A stretch of DNA of 64,000 bases from the NCBI GenBank assembly GCA_964304625.1, contig OZ199838.1, positions 16,475,469-16,539,468 on the forward strand, in the 5' to 3' direction. The translations under genes and the position numbers were made by a program. Origin of the DNA: Kudoa neothunni. Its lineage: Eukaryota > Animalia > Cnidaria. Positions 25,640 to 40,138 of this stretch are shown here, piece after piece. Position 1 is the stretch's first letter. The number at the start of each line of letters is the position of its first letter. Below the pieces are notes generated by a model, which did not search any database, had not been told where the DNA came from, and was given only the letters and a program-made list of their open reading frames with translations.

Positions 25640-26884
25640 CATTGATTAACTCAGTTAAACATTTGGAACATATTACATTATTTCTTATTAGTTTATAATT
25701 TTATAGTTGAATATATTATAAATATTTGTAAATTTATTTACCAGTAATTATCCATTTTATTTGTAATATTGCTAAATCAAGATGAAATTTCTACGGAAGA
25801 TTTTAATTTCGAATTAATAATTCAAATATATATTTTTTTTTGCAAATTGGGCAGAGTATTATCAATCCTCCGTTGTTTTTACCTAGTTTTAAAGCGATCT
25901 GCATTGTATGCTTAGTTAAACCTATCCAGAAAAAATAGTTTATTGTATACGTCTATCTTTATTAGAAAATAACATTTTAACTGTATCTCCTCCACGATTT
26001 GTGATAGTCATATATAAAATAACCGATTGATTGATAAATGTCTTCATAATCAATATCTTTACATTTATATTCAAATTGGTTCCCCATTTACTTCTTCGAA
26101 TATTTTAAAGCATTTATAACCTAAATTAAATGTTCTAAACACAACCCAATCGAGTATCTACCGTGGAAAATGAGGTTCATTTTGACTACAATTTACTTTG
26201 AAGGTTTCTAATCGTGCAAATTCACTGAAATAATAATTAAATATCTTAAAACATATTATTAAGAGATTAATACATAATAGTTAAAATTTAAAAGTCTGAT
26301 CCCTGTTGACAAGCAAATTTTTGAAAAATATGCGTCATTATTTCGTCTCGGGTCCATATAAACTTAATTTTACTTACTGAATTAATTATCTTTAAAAGGA
26401 AAATGTTGAAAATAATATATTGTAATTTTGGTTCATTTTGCAATATAAGGAGTCAATCAGTCTCAAAAATACCCTTATAATGGATTGTCATATTGATTTT
26501 TTTCTGGTTCTATTGAGTTAAACTTTAATATTTACTAATAAGGGAACATTTAAAAAAATTAGCACTTGATTATCTTCATAATCATAAATCCTTGAATTCG
26601 TTCAAATATAAATAAAGTAAGGGTCACTGTTTTTGCTTAAAATCGATTTTAGTCGTCGTACTTTTGAAAAATTCAAAATCCTTCGAAAAAGTTGAAATAA
26701 TTAGTAACCGGATAGAAATTGATAGTTTTTTGTTGAATGGATCGACTTATAAAGAATGAATTGTGAATTATACTGTAAATATTTCGAAGAAAAATTTTCT
26801 CAGAAAATACAATTTCCGAGGAAATGTAGCCAGAGAAACATAATTAATTAAAAAAGACGTCAAGACACTTCAACAGCTACGTTT

Positions 26885-27720
26885 TTAACCTTCCGAGTGT
26901 CCTTGAGGTCCAATGAACCCCAATGGATGTTTGAATCATTTGTAGAGGACCTGATTTTACAACAGTGACTTAAATATCATATCTATTCTCTTACTAATAT
27001 AAGTTCTGTTAAAATATTACAGAAAATTTGAATTTGTACGTTCAGGTCACGAAGTAATCAAAATACTTACACATTACATCTTTTGGGCTCCAATGGATTC
27101 CACGTTTTTTTTACCAAACAACAAAGGAAAATATGTTAAAACAATTTTGAGAATTGAATAAAACTTTATCGAGAAGAAGCAGAGATAATTTGAAAAAACG
27201 ACGTGTACTTAAAATACCTATCATTACCGACGAGCGAAATGCTGCCATACATGGTTCTTAGTGTAATATTTTGGATGAAATTGAATCCGATATCAATGGT
27301 TTTTATGATAACTTTTGATAATTTGACTATTAACGTCATTCCATTGTTTCTGGAGATAATAAATGCTGTCGAAATATATACGTAGATAAGGATGACATTA
27401 ATTGGGTTTCTGAGGAATTTCAAATAAATAAAAGCTCTAAACAAAATATTTTTCAAAGCCTTAAGGTTCCCGTTCCTACGTTTCAAACAGAATCAACTCC
27501 TCAATTGATACATTTCTCATATTTCATGGCAAATCTTTTTCTCAACTGTTATTTCAAATACTAACAAGTTTGACAATTATAATTATCAGCATTATTTGAG
27601 GACTTAGCAAACCAACAGTCGTTGGCTTATATTGGAATCCTTGTCTATACGATAATTTTCAGATCTAAATTAAAATCACTCAAATCTCTTTGTCGCGAGT
27701 GATGCTGTTATTGTTCAAGG
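26885..27720 (-). mobile_element. Possible piggyBac-like remnant
   Basis: TTAA-CCTTCCGAG terminus (also at ~53365) and repeated GGTCCAATG.ACCCC-like subterminal motifs; the coding remnant is too decayed to assign. Confidence 0.35.
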
Positions 27721-28242
27721 TCTCGAGACAGAAAAACGAGGAATTTTTTATGTTTGTAGAATTAATTGTGATAAAATCTATTCAAAAGTTTTTTCCGTGA
27801 TACATTGTAACATTAAAAACTAAAATAATATAAATATCTCGCATTTTATCTATTTTGAAACAATATGTATTGCGGGTTTTATTGGGCGTGACTATTAAGA
27901 AATGAATTATAGAGGAAACAATTTTTAAGACTTCGTTAATGTGGAATGATATATATGTTCATTAAAACCCATTAAACTAAAAAATAATCCCCAGCCAAGT
28001 TTTACCGGTGGCAAAGATTGATAATCGCGCTCACACTAGAATTTCTTGTTATTTAGTCTTTTTGTAGGTTAAAAATGTTGCTATTTAATAACTTCATGTA
28101 TTGTTCAATTATATTATAGATTTTCTTACTTTTAATGTATAATCGATATATTCAGATAGATCAGTTGACACGTAAACATATCTTTTCTTTTCTCAATGAT
28201 GTGTTGTCATTTGTTGTTTTGTGTGCTCCTTATAAAATATGA

Positions 28243-30490
28243 TAGTGTCTATTTGCACCATGATGTCCAAACCTTGGATTTTCTCCCCAGATCTTGAGAT
28301 TTTTCTTCTAAACTTGGCTTCTTTGGAGGTCTTTTCGCTTTAGGCCAACTCTTGGGTTTTTTTGATTATTTACAAAACTATTAAATTATTGAATTCTTTG
28401 AGGTGAGTTTATAAATAATAAATTTAAGAATTAGATAGAATAATCATAATTATTGTTTTAGTGATGGAGAGAATTAATATTATTCCAAATTCTACTAAGA
28501 TATCACGATCGTCGTCAACGCGCTGTTTTCCGATTCTTGAATAATTATTATTTGAACAACTTTAATTATTATTCAGTGGTTGTATTTGGATATTTCAACG
28601 CTGTCTTAAAATTTTCTAGTTTTTTTAATTACATATTTTGAAGTTACCGACGTATATTATTTTAAAATATGCGTGAAATTTCGAACGGAGGTCAACAGAG
28701 AGGGTGGGATAATGTATTCCAATCAAGATTGGTTAAAAGTAGACTTTAAATATTGGCCTGATTAATATGCTAAGGTCAGAAATTCCAGCCACTGAAAATG
28801 TTGAACTAATTTATTCATTAAAGGTTAAAACTGTAAAATGTAAACTCATCGCAAAGCAGTTGATCAGAAATAATAATAATACATGTTTAACGTCGCATCC
28901 AACAAATAAACTAATACATGATGTGAACAGCGGTGTTGTGAGACAACAATACCTTGAGAGCTCGTAAAATAAATCAACCTTCCTAACTGAGGGTTGTGAA
29001 GATGTTGAAGACAATTCAATTGACGATAAAATTAAAAAACGCATTTAAAATAAAAATTTCTATTATTTTAATAATATTATTGTATTTTCTTTGCAACTTT
29101 GGGTTTTTTCCAATAGTCTCATTTGACGCCCAGATTTGCACTCCCTCGGTGCATGCGCGGAGGATTAAAGCATTACGTCTATACGTGTTTTTTCTCTTAT
29201 ATTAGTTGTTATAGAAAAATAATAATAGCCATAACGATAAATATTATTTGTTTCTACTTTTAATAATCAACACATTCTTTTTATTGTTTTAGTCTTCCTT
29301 TTACTTTAATGGAACGAAAATTGGAATTATACGAGTTGGAAATTTTTGTAGTTCGGTTGCCTTATGGAAATGAAGTTTTATTCTCGTACTTCTATTTAAA
29401 ATTTTTTAGGCTCTTATAAAATTCGTTGTATTGATTACCACCAAATGTATTTAATTGATCAAATATTTTGGGACATAATTGTTTGTTGTTTTTAAACTTT
29501 TATTTTAAATGTACATTTGCTGGTAAAACATTTAAACCAATGCTTTGTGAATCAATATCCTGAAGTTTATAGTTGTTGAAATATCATCGTTTGTTATATT
29601 ACATGCATTATTATTGTCGAGAAATATACCATAAAATATAAAAAAAACCTTCCAACGCATATAGAATCAGAAGTCAAAATTAAAGATTTTATCATTGCAA
29701 TTAAATGTTTTCATAGGAAGGAATTAGTTGGAAAATTGTACAATAACACTTGTGTATATTATCTTGAAAGGTATCCATTGCAGAACAAGATACAACGTGA
29801 ACAAAGAACATGTTTTTTAAATTCCAAATTGATAATAATTTCAGATTTTGATTCTCTAATTTGATTTTACCGTCAGAAAAACTGGACAAACGATTTATTA
29901 CTGACAAAATATCATTATCAACATCATCAACTTTGTTCTTCCTGAGAATCAGATCATTCTTTTTAAATCACTATGGGTGGTCTTACAGTAATTGAGTATT
30001 GAATTGACTTAGTGAATTAACGATGACTTTGACATAAACTTTTTATGTTGCAATGCTCTTGTTCAATCCTGTTATTTGTATTTGAACCAAATGTCAGCTC
30101 ATTGAGACGATGAAAATGAGTCCAAATGTTTTGAATATAAATCCAGTTTTTTCCAAATATTGAAAATACATTGGATTGGTCGAATATATTTCATTCAAAA
30201 TGAAGTAAAATGTGTCAGCATTTTCAGAATATATTAAATCTTTTGAATTATCGGATGAACAGAATTGTTTGTTGAATAAATCATGGCCCTCTGAACTCCC
30301 TACGCTCAAAACTAATAAACCGCACAAAGATATATTCATCTAAGTTTTACGTGTAATTATTATCTAACCATTTTTAATTTCTAATACATTGAAGTTTGCA
30401 TAAAATTGTTTTATTGAATAAATATGACTGTAATTTTTACGATAGATAATAATCGACGTACGGTTTTAAAAGTCAGGTAAAAAAAATTGG
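28243..30490. mobile_element. Unclassified TIR DNA transposon remnant (same family as 200-452), interrupted by a hAT-like insert
   Basis: The left TIR TAGTGTCTATTTGCAC resumes as TCCCTCGGTGCATGCGCGGAGG after the insert; 30355-30487 matches 203-330. Confidence 0.55.
28259..29133. mobile_element. hAT-like insertion with perfect 8-bp TSD
   Basis: ATTTGCAC at 28251-28258 and 29134-29141, with degenerate TIRs CATGATGTCCAAA / TTTGACGCCCAG. Removing it restores the host TIR. Confidence 0.7.
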
Positions 30491-30502
30491 CGTTTGTAGC
30501 TA

Positions 30503-33500
30503 CAGTCGAGACTGAATATTGCGTAATTCGAGATTTTCAACGTTATCCTTTAAAGAGAGAAACTTAGTTTTTTGAAATTGTTATTATCTTATTGTGATAT
30601 AAAAATATTTGTTAACAAAAAATTTTAAAAAATTTCATTAATACAAAAATTCTCGTTATTGAATGGAAATTTTTTATTGCGTGGCTATTAGGCATAGCGT
30701 GATTCGTTATTGCGGGGTTTTTTGTGGACAATTGGTTAAAATCAGATAATGTTTTTTCATTGTATCCCGTGAACAACGCAATATTTCAGAGAAAATGGAA
30801 ATCATCCATTACTACAATTCAATAAAAACGTTGAAGGGTTCTAAATCAATGACAATATCCAAGTTTAAATTGAGTGGTATAATAGTCTTCTATTAAATAT
30901 TAATGTAAAATCACATTTAAGGTCATTCAACACTTGAGAGAATTCTTTCGCACGAAGATAAATTCAAAAATACAGATATTGAAAGTAAAGGAAGAGATTT
31001 TCGGTAGACAGATTCAAAAATATAGACGATGAAATGTATGATTGGTTTGTTAAACAACGGTGGAATGGTAACGTTCCGTCGGGAGATGCCATTATCAAAA
31101 AGGCTTCCTATATCGCAAATGAGAACAAAGTTTCCAATTTTAAGGCCAGCAGGGGATGGCTTTCAGGGTTCAAGTCTAGATATTGGATAGTTTTCAAAAA
31201 GTTCCATGGCGAGGCTGCGAGTGTAGATAATGTATCTGTCGACTCGTGGATTATTGAACACATTGATTTGATTGGAGCATATAATCCAAAAGACGTTTTA
31301 AAATCGACGAAACTGTTCTTTATTATGAGCAGTTACATAACATTGGTTATGTTTTAAAGGATGAAGTTCGAATATAAGGGAAAACATATCCAAAAAAGGG
31401 TGACTGTTTTGCTGTCCTCAGCTTTAAGTGGGGATAAGTTCCCATTAGTTGTTAGCGGAAAATTTCAAAATCCTAGATGTTTTAAAAGAGTCAAACACCT
31501 CCCATGTGAATATTATGCACAAAAAAGTGCATGCATGGATGACGTCTAGTATATTTATAGAAATAATGAAAAAGTTTAACTGAAGGATGATAAATCAGAA
31601 TAGAAAAGTCTTAATTTTATTGGATCAATGTCCAGGCCACCCAAAAAACATTGATTGATTTGAAAATATCAAATTTTTTTTCTTACCCAAAACTACAACT
31701 AATATTTAACAACCTCTTGATTCAGGTATCATTTGCTGCCTTAAAAGCAGGTACAAAAGTTCAATGACCTAGCGAATGGTTTTATGCGAAGATTCTGTCA
31801 TAAAAAAATATACATTGCTTGACTCAGTGATAACACTAACTAAATGTTGGGAGATTATTCAGCCGCAAATTATTATTAATTGCTTTAAAAAATCAATAAT
31901 ATTTGGAGGTATTAAATAATATTATGATAATAAAGTTATTATCAGTTTATAGACCAAGAAGATATGAGAGAGATACCTCAAATCAGCAACTGTTCTCAAA
32001 GTAATATTTAACTTATACCGGGTTTTACATCCTAATTCGGACACTAGGACAATCAAATATAGACTTAACGCTTAAAAAATGGTAGGTCGTAAGGTGCATA
32101 AAGTTGAAATGAGCGAAGCTGCTGTATACATGGTAGTTTTTGAAGGTTATTCTCAATCTGAAGTGTCAAGAAGTCTTGGAATACATAAGAGTACACTTTC
32201 TGTTATAATAAACAAATATTATGACAAAGAGGTCTCATGCAAGGATCCAAGGGGCGGAGCAAAACATGTCAAAATTACCGACGAAATAAAAACCCAAATT
32301 TTGAAATTAATAGAGGATGACTGCACGATTACTTTCCAAACAATTGTTGACAAAATTGGCGTGTAGGTAAATGTAACAACTGTATGGGATGGCTCAAAGC
32401 GATGAAGATATCATTTAAAATGGAGAGAGCTATACCTAAGAGTAGAAACTCTCTCGAAGTCAAACAAGAAGGGAAACTGTATGCTGACTGGTATTCAAGC
32501 CTCTTAATAATCAATAGACAGGAGATATACAAAAATGATATTTGTAGACGAAAGCCCTTTTTCATTACATCTGCTACGCTCACATGGCCGCTCCCTTATA
32601 GGAACCACCATCAACCCTGTAGATGAGAATAGTAGAGGTAAAAATGTGTCAATTATACTCGCTGTTGATGCCATCAGTGTAATGCATTTTTGAGGCAATA
32701 CAGGGAAGTGTGAACAGTGATATATTTACTGAGTTCCTTCGAAAAGTACAACAAATACTGGTTGATGGAAATTATGTTATCGTAATGGATAACATAAGAT
32801 TCCACCATTCGAACAGAGACTTCTATGATGAATATTCATAAGAAATTCGTTATCTACCTCGGTATTCACCTTTTCTGAATCCGTGCGAAGAGGTGTTTTC
32901 CAAAATCAAAAATGGTGTTCGAAAACATGGGCTTATCAGAGGAGCAAACGACTTAATCGACAGAATGAAAACATCCACCAACAACGTAACTGAAGCTGAC
33001 CTCAAGGCTTATTTTCAACATTCTGAATCCTGTACGGGCAGATGTCACACCTTAAGTGATATTGAACGAAATTAGGCCAATGTCATTACAATTATTTTAT
33101 TCATCGATGTTTTTTAGCGCAATATTTTAAAATACTGGATTAAAATGCCTTTTCAAAAAGGGGTTATTAAACTTATAATGCAATATAGTAAAATTATTAA
33201 GACGAGTACGGATTTGGATGTAAAACCCGTTACCAAATTAATTTTTTCTGGATGAAATCGAAGATTCAGACAATGTGTTTGATGACGATTATGAAGAAAC
33301 ATGTGAAGAAGAAAATAATGAGAACTTATTGCCCATAGGTGACGAATCTAACGATAGCGAGTCAATCATTGAAGACATTAAAATTTCAATTAAACAAATG
33401 AAAAACGTAGTGAGAGTTCTGAGGGGAACTTTCACTAAAGAAGATCCGTCGAGATTGTTTGATTTACATCCCATAATGGACCGAGTTTTAAAAATATCAA

Positions 33501-33749
33501 GAGAAAGATTCCGACAAAAATTATAAGATTTTTCGACAAAATTTGATAAATCACATTTCATTTCATTTAATTAAATAATATATTTATACATAAAAAATTG
33601 ATTTTCACTAATTGGCATCGGACGTAAACACAAAAAAATCGTATTTTATAGTACAACGCGCACGCAAAGGACTGGATATTGCGTAAAAACTTTTTGTTGC
33701 GTGGGTTTTTGTTGGTCTCAGAAACCCACGCAATATCCAATCTCGACTG
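30503..33749 (+). mobile_element. Tigger/pogo transposon (decayed CENP-B-like HTH + DDE_1)
   Basis: TA-flanked TIRs CAGTCGAGACTGAATATTGCG / CGCAATATCCAATCTCGACTG. Fragments YDWFVKQR, FKASRGWLSGFKSR, HGEAASVD, KRVTVLL..GDKFPL..GKFQNPRCFK, LLDQCPGH and QPLDSGII, plus an acidic tail at 33275-33526. Confidence 0.9.
32018..33230 (+). mobile_element. IS630/Tc1-like transposon nested in the Tigger (pseudogenised)
   Basis: TA-flanked TIRs CCGGGTTTTACATCC / GGATGTAAAACCCGT. HTH SQSEVSRSLGIHKSTLS, PRGG, IFVDESPF, VIVMDNIRFH and YLPRYSPFLNPCEEVFSKIK. Confidence 0.9.
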
Positions 33750-34911
33750 TATTTTCAATTGTCTAAAATTCTTCAGACATATCATAAATCTCTTCTATTT
33801 CATACAATAAATTTTATTTTCTATTACTATTGGCTTTGATATGTGTTTTTAATTTCGCACACAATCAATTTCTTCTTTTGATGGAACTTTATCCTTATGT
33901 ATCTACCTATCATCTATCTATCAGGCACGTGGCGTCAGAGTAAGCAGCGCCTGCCTCAGAGTACAAAACAACAACAAAAATTTTCTTATACAAATAGTTT
34001 TAATTTAATATTGTTATATTAATTTACCTTCTTATTTTGCATAAAAAATTGAAAACTTGGATAATCTTTTGATAGCATAAGCACGGATTAGCGCTGCCCT
34101 CAGGCCACCCTTGTGACTCTACAGGCGCATCACAACCTAGCACGTGTCGCATGTGCCAGTCAACACACGGGGTTCTGTTCTATTGACCCCTGGGATCATA
34201 ATCTTCGCTGTCCCTCGAATACTTTCGATTCCATGTTCGAAATTAAAATGTGTTTACACTCTGATTGACAACTTTTATTCGTTTTTTTCAGTTTCAAGTT
34301 AATAAATTTTTTATAAATTATTTATAGGAACACCAGATATTACACTTTACGGAATAAACCATTTTTAATGATTCAACTCTAACCGTTAATCCCTGGTTTG
34401 TTTACTTTAAAAATAACCGTAGGAATCATGAACAATAGTGAATATTTTAAAGCATTTTTAAAACTTTCGTACAAAGGAAAAATTAAAATTATTACTGATG
34501 GTAGACCTCCTCTAGAGCTTCCATAATTACAACAAAAGATAGATTGGATTACCAGAACATTCCAAACTATCTGGTACAACAAAAAAGAATGGATATGTGG
34601 TTGTATCACAACAAATAGACTTTTTTTGGTTTTCATGCATGCTTTTCTCAGCATCCCTCGAAAGTGTCTGGGTGAATGAAGAGTATTATGACTTAAAAAA
34701 CTTTTGACAGCTTCAAAACTCGTGACGATCTAATATCTAATACTGGGGTAAAATCATTGAGTGCTTACTCAAAGCAACTATCTACGCCATGTGCCTAATA
34801 TATATAACATTGTATTTATTGATGTATTAAATCCTATTGTTATGCTCATATGAATACCAAGAGTTAAATCGAAATGTGCAGTATAATCTGATTTGCTCTC
34901 TGTACCACAAA

Positions 34912-37858
34912 ATGAAAACTCAGTTAGTCACAGTTAGTTTATTAATTGCATTTTCATGTAGTTTATTTACATTATTTATTTTATTAATTTCTTGTAGATA
35001 TTAATATAAATACCGCTGCTGAAAATAATCCAACAGCCCAAGCTCCTACAAAAATACTTTCGTACGACATTGTAGGAGGAAAGGTTCAATTGGTTTTGAC
35101 TGGGTCAGATTATGTAACGGATTCAAAAAAATGTCTCATAAGAAAGGAGAAGAATGATGGAAATGGATTTGATCAGATAAGTACTTGTATAAGCAGCACT
35201 GAAGAAACAGGAAAATGTGTACGTGATTGTGCAGGAAATGACAACACAATAGCTTTTGATGTGCTTTCACCTAGAACAAAATTTATTTATGTTTTTTCTG
35301 GAGCGAGTACTGAAACAATAAAAAATAGTAATACTGGTGGGGATGTTTATGGACTTGCTATTCGTAATTCAAATAAAATTATTCATTTTCTTTAATGAAA
35401 ATTAGCTCTATTGGTGAATCCAAAAATCACAATATCGATTGATGCTACTTTGAAACAATTAACGCTTGCAGCTAAAACTTGTCCAAAAGTTGCCTGTCCC
35501 ATTTTTTATAAAGGTATTCAATACGCGACTGGAGCAGTAGGGACTGCTTGCGATTCTGATAACAGCAATAACAAAGTTGATTTTGACCTTATGATTCCTC
35601 ATTATGAAATGATATGCACAAATTACCCTAGCTTCTTTTATCATATGCCAAATCCGTACATGAAAGAAAATATTGACATATACAAACCCCAATACTACGT
35701 TACTTACAAGAAAGGTGACACTGAAAAGAAAAAATATATTCTAAACTTCACCAACTCATTCCCTTCCGAAATTTGTTTATTCAGTATTAAAGACGCTTCG
35801 AGTGCTGCTACAGGATCTACAAAGAATTATGCATCAGTGTGCGGAGGAGGAACTGACAAAAAGTGTTTTGCACCTTGTGATACTGTTGAATTAACACTGG
35901 CTGAGTCTAAACCAATCGTCGAAATATTAATTCAGACCAGATATCATAATTTAGATACAAGCATTAGCAGCATTGAGGGCTTTAAAGGGAAAAAATATGG
36001 TATTATTTCTATTAAGAAGACGTAGCTATTCATTTATTATAGCTATCCAAGAGAATGACGCTACGAATACACTTTTTAGTACACAAACGAATGTAGGGAT
36101 TACACTTAACCCCTCTGCATACAATTCAGCATCTACCGGACCAAAATTCACCACATGTTCATTAAATCATTTTCCTGCTGACAAAATCAGGAAAACCAAT
36201 GGAGAAACAACAAATTGCCAACCCAGTCAAGCTTGCACTCAGACTTGTGCAACACCTTCGGTTATACAAGGGCTGGACGCAGGAAAAGCTTACATAATTG
36301 AGATTACTCCGGCATCTATAGCTGATCACACGGATTTTAAAGAATACCTGTTTTTCAGAACAAGTAAATAATATTCATGTCGTTTATTTAATTATTCTTA
36401 GAAAAATCAGATGGATCAAACTTCGTCGACACAGCACCCACACCAACCGACGTGACTGCTGCAATTAAAGCGATTGATGGTGACGTTGGATCAGCAACAA
36501 CTGAACCGACCTGTTCCTATTACGTCAGTATAATAGATAAAAACACATTCGTCGAAGCCGAATGTGAAGACAGCAATCCATGTAGAGGATTTTGTAAAGA
36601 CACCAAGAAGTTGATAAATCTAAACCCTAAAACAAACTATGATATTAAAGTTATTTCACACAAAGACTATGGAATCAAAATATTCAAAAATATTTCAACT
36701 AGTAAAATAATTTTAATTTAAGCTAATATAAATTATATTCTTTAGCTTGGTCAACCATGACCCTTTCCCAAAGATTCCTAGATAAAGGGTTTAAAGTGGC
36801 TGGAACTTTGACATCCGTTTATCCACAAGCAATATGTCACTATAAAATAAGAGAAAAAGACGGAGAGACTCTACAAGATGTTTATTCCTGTCCAGCAGTT
36901 GTCCCTCCGCCGCCGCCGGTCAGTCCAGCCATTGAAAATATTTCTGCTCCTCCTTCACCTACTCAAACTCAGGAAACGACAGAATCTAGGCTGGTCAGCG
37001 TTTCAAATTTGTCTGGAATAAAAATAGCAAGAACTGGCAATGTAGAAGCAACTGATGCCACACCCACTGAACCCGCCATTACTCAATCTATGTTTCCACC
37101 ATGTAGCAAACCACCACTCTGCAGCAATATAATAATTAGTGATGGTTATGAGGCTAATAAAGAATATCAAGTATTGGTGACGGCTGTAGACCGATCAGAG
37201 GAAGTTACAATCAATATTCCTAAAAGTAACATATAAAGGAATTAATATTGATATTTTCTAAATTGTCATATAAATATAGATTCACTCCCAGAACTATCTC
37301 AGGATACAAACAAACAAATTACGGTAGTTATCGAGAGAGTAGGAGATACGTTAAAAATCACGTCATTGCTTCCAAAAGAAAAGGATGATAATTCAGTATG
37401 TCGATGGATACTGAGAGACATCACTGATGTTTCCCAACGAATAGTGAAAAAATGTGAATCGAGTAGAAGTAAAGTTTGCAGACTTCCAACTTGCAGATCA
37501 TTCACTATTGAGGATGTAAGTGATACCAATGATTATCATTTAACACTTATTCACTCCCGAGATCCCAATGTTAAAGGAATTGGAATAATAAAACGAGGTA
37601 ACTAACAATTAATAGTAATATTAATTATTATTATTATTATAATTAATAATTTAGGAGAAACTTCGAATCAATCCAGGTAAAACTAATAAAATAATGTTTA
37701 ATGTAATATATTTCTAGGGCGAGCACCTCAATGTATTAAATTTTGAGTTGATATGTTGGAATAAGTTTTCATTTAGGATTGTTGGAATCATTGTTCCAGT
37801 CGCTATTGTTATTGTAGGGGTTGGATTTTACTTTGGTTATATGAAGAATAAAGGATAA
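34912..37858 (+). CDS. Cys-rich FN3-like type I membrane protein, copy 4
   Basis: Same exon structure (MKTQLVTVSLLIAFSY..GFYFGYMKNKG*). Confidence 0.87.
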
Positions 37859-38590
37859 CTTTGATTAACTCAGTTAAACATTTGGAACATTTACATTATT
37901 TTTTATTAGTTTATAATTTTATAATTGAATATATTATAAATATTTGTAAATTCATTCACCAATAATTATCCATTTTATTTGAAATATTGTTAGCATAATA
38001 TTCGATATTAATTTAAGTCTATAAAGAAATAAATAAATGTATATTGGCAAAATAAGTTGTGATAATTTTATCAATCATTTATGAATGAAATTAAGTTTAT
38101 AATATTTAATAGGATAATTTAATGCTTAAATTTTTTTCACGCAAATAATTTACAAGTTTATTCCTAAGGATTATTTTAACAACACAAATACACCAAATTA
38201 TGATTTGTGTAATATCTCTAGATAAGTTGAATTAGTTTAGTTTTTATATACTTTTGTAAACCATTATAGATATTGAGTATCTTATTCCAAAATGATTGAA
38301 AAAATTTAATTCGTAATTTTCGAACCTTCATTTGTCGTACGAAATTACACGCGGTACATATATGTGTGCAGTCTACTGATTAAGGGTAGATGATTGGGTT
38401 TAATAAGCCACTGATTGATGTTGGAAATTCCAAAACCTATCAAAAAATTAGAAAATAAAACGATCTTTGAATTCTACAATAAATTAAAAAAGAATTAGAA
38501 TAGTTAAATTTCATAAATGTTAATCAAGACCAAACCTAACTACTTTTCTAAATTGAAAAACCGATTTTTTAAGCATTGTAATTATTTGAT

Positions 38591-40138
38591 GGATGTGGCT
38601 ATATCTCAGGTACCTGATAATCCTGTCGCGCTATGACCATATTTCAAGGAATGAATATCTCTAAAATTACTGCATATATTTTTTTCATATTTAACATATT
38701 ATCTAATATTTACTTAACTTAATTTCTCATAAGTATTAAAAATATTTGCAGTTGAATAAGTTTTCAGTAGTGCAACCATCCTTAGTCTATCAATACTTAA
38801 GTGTAATTATATTATATTTTTAAATTTTTCGGTAAAAAAAGCATATTCACTTTTTGAATTATTTAATATAAATAATTAATTCTTCGCTTAAAGTAATTTT
38901 AGCGTCCATTGTATACTTTCGGGTTAGAATGTTAAAGATGAATTCTAGCATGTTTATATATAGAATATAGTTTATTTCCTGCGAAGATCTTATATTGTCA
39001 TAATAAAATATGAATAATTAAAATTTTGATTATCTCAAACATTACACATGGCCTCTAAAAATATTTTTATATTCATCGGTGGAAACACGTATGAAATAAA
39101 GTTTTTAAATGTTGGTCCTATAATAGAAAATAATAAATAAAATGCTTCAGTTAATATTTGCAGGAAAAAACTCTTGGAAACAAAAAAATTCGAACAGAAG
39201 TTAAAATAAAAACAAATTTTTTGATGGTGATGGTTAATATTACTGAATTTTGTGGGGAACTATTTTATAAGGCTATAAGGTCCCTTAGTCCACTGGGAAA
39301 AATAACTAAGAATCATGATGACGTTTATATCGTTCGTGTCCCCAAATAAATTTGATTATTTGTTGACAAATATAACATTTACAATTTAATATAGTCGAAA
39401 ATGTGTGAAATTACAGAAAAAGGAAATCTTTTATGATTTAATTTTTGATAGTGAGAAAGAAGTGTCTCCTGTTGATTTGATAGGGATGCCACATATCAAC
39501 AAGATAAAACCCGAAACAAATAAATGAATTAAAACCACACAAGGAACGAATAAATAATTGCAATAAAGCTGAAAATAGAATACAACAACCATTATTAAAA
39601 GTCAAAATATTATTATTGTTGTTGGATTTTTAAACCTCAAAATTTCATCGAAAATAGAAACAATTTTAAGGCTAGAAAGAATTTATTTGTGAACAATTGT
39701 GGATATAAGGATATACAAAAATAATTTATGACATCAATAAATAAAAAAATTCAATATGACATATTAAGTTTATTTTTTGTATATGGAAGCTATTATATTT
39801 TAGTATTCCTAACCCACATGATCAAGTCAACATATATTCCATATCTTTTAGAAATACAAAATAACACGAGAAAAAAAGAGATTGAAAATTTTAATATTTT
39901 GTTGTCTTATAAATGATAATTATACTTAAATATTGATGGACTCAGAATGGTAGTTGCTCTACTGAAAATTTATTCTTCTGCAAATTTTTTTTATACTTAC
40001 GAAAAATTAAGTTAAATAAATATTAGATAATATGCGGAATGTGAACAAAATATATGCATTAGTTTTAGAGATATTCATTCCTTGATATATAGTCAGAGTG
40101 CGATAGGATTATCAGGTACCTGAGATATAGTCACTCCC
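38591..40138. mobile_element. Non-autonomous MULE-like element (duplicate of 19151-20708, ~210-bp TIRs intact)
   Basis: Same termini and TSD as 19151-20708; the right TIR extends inward to ~39930. Confidence 0.8.
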
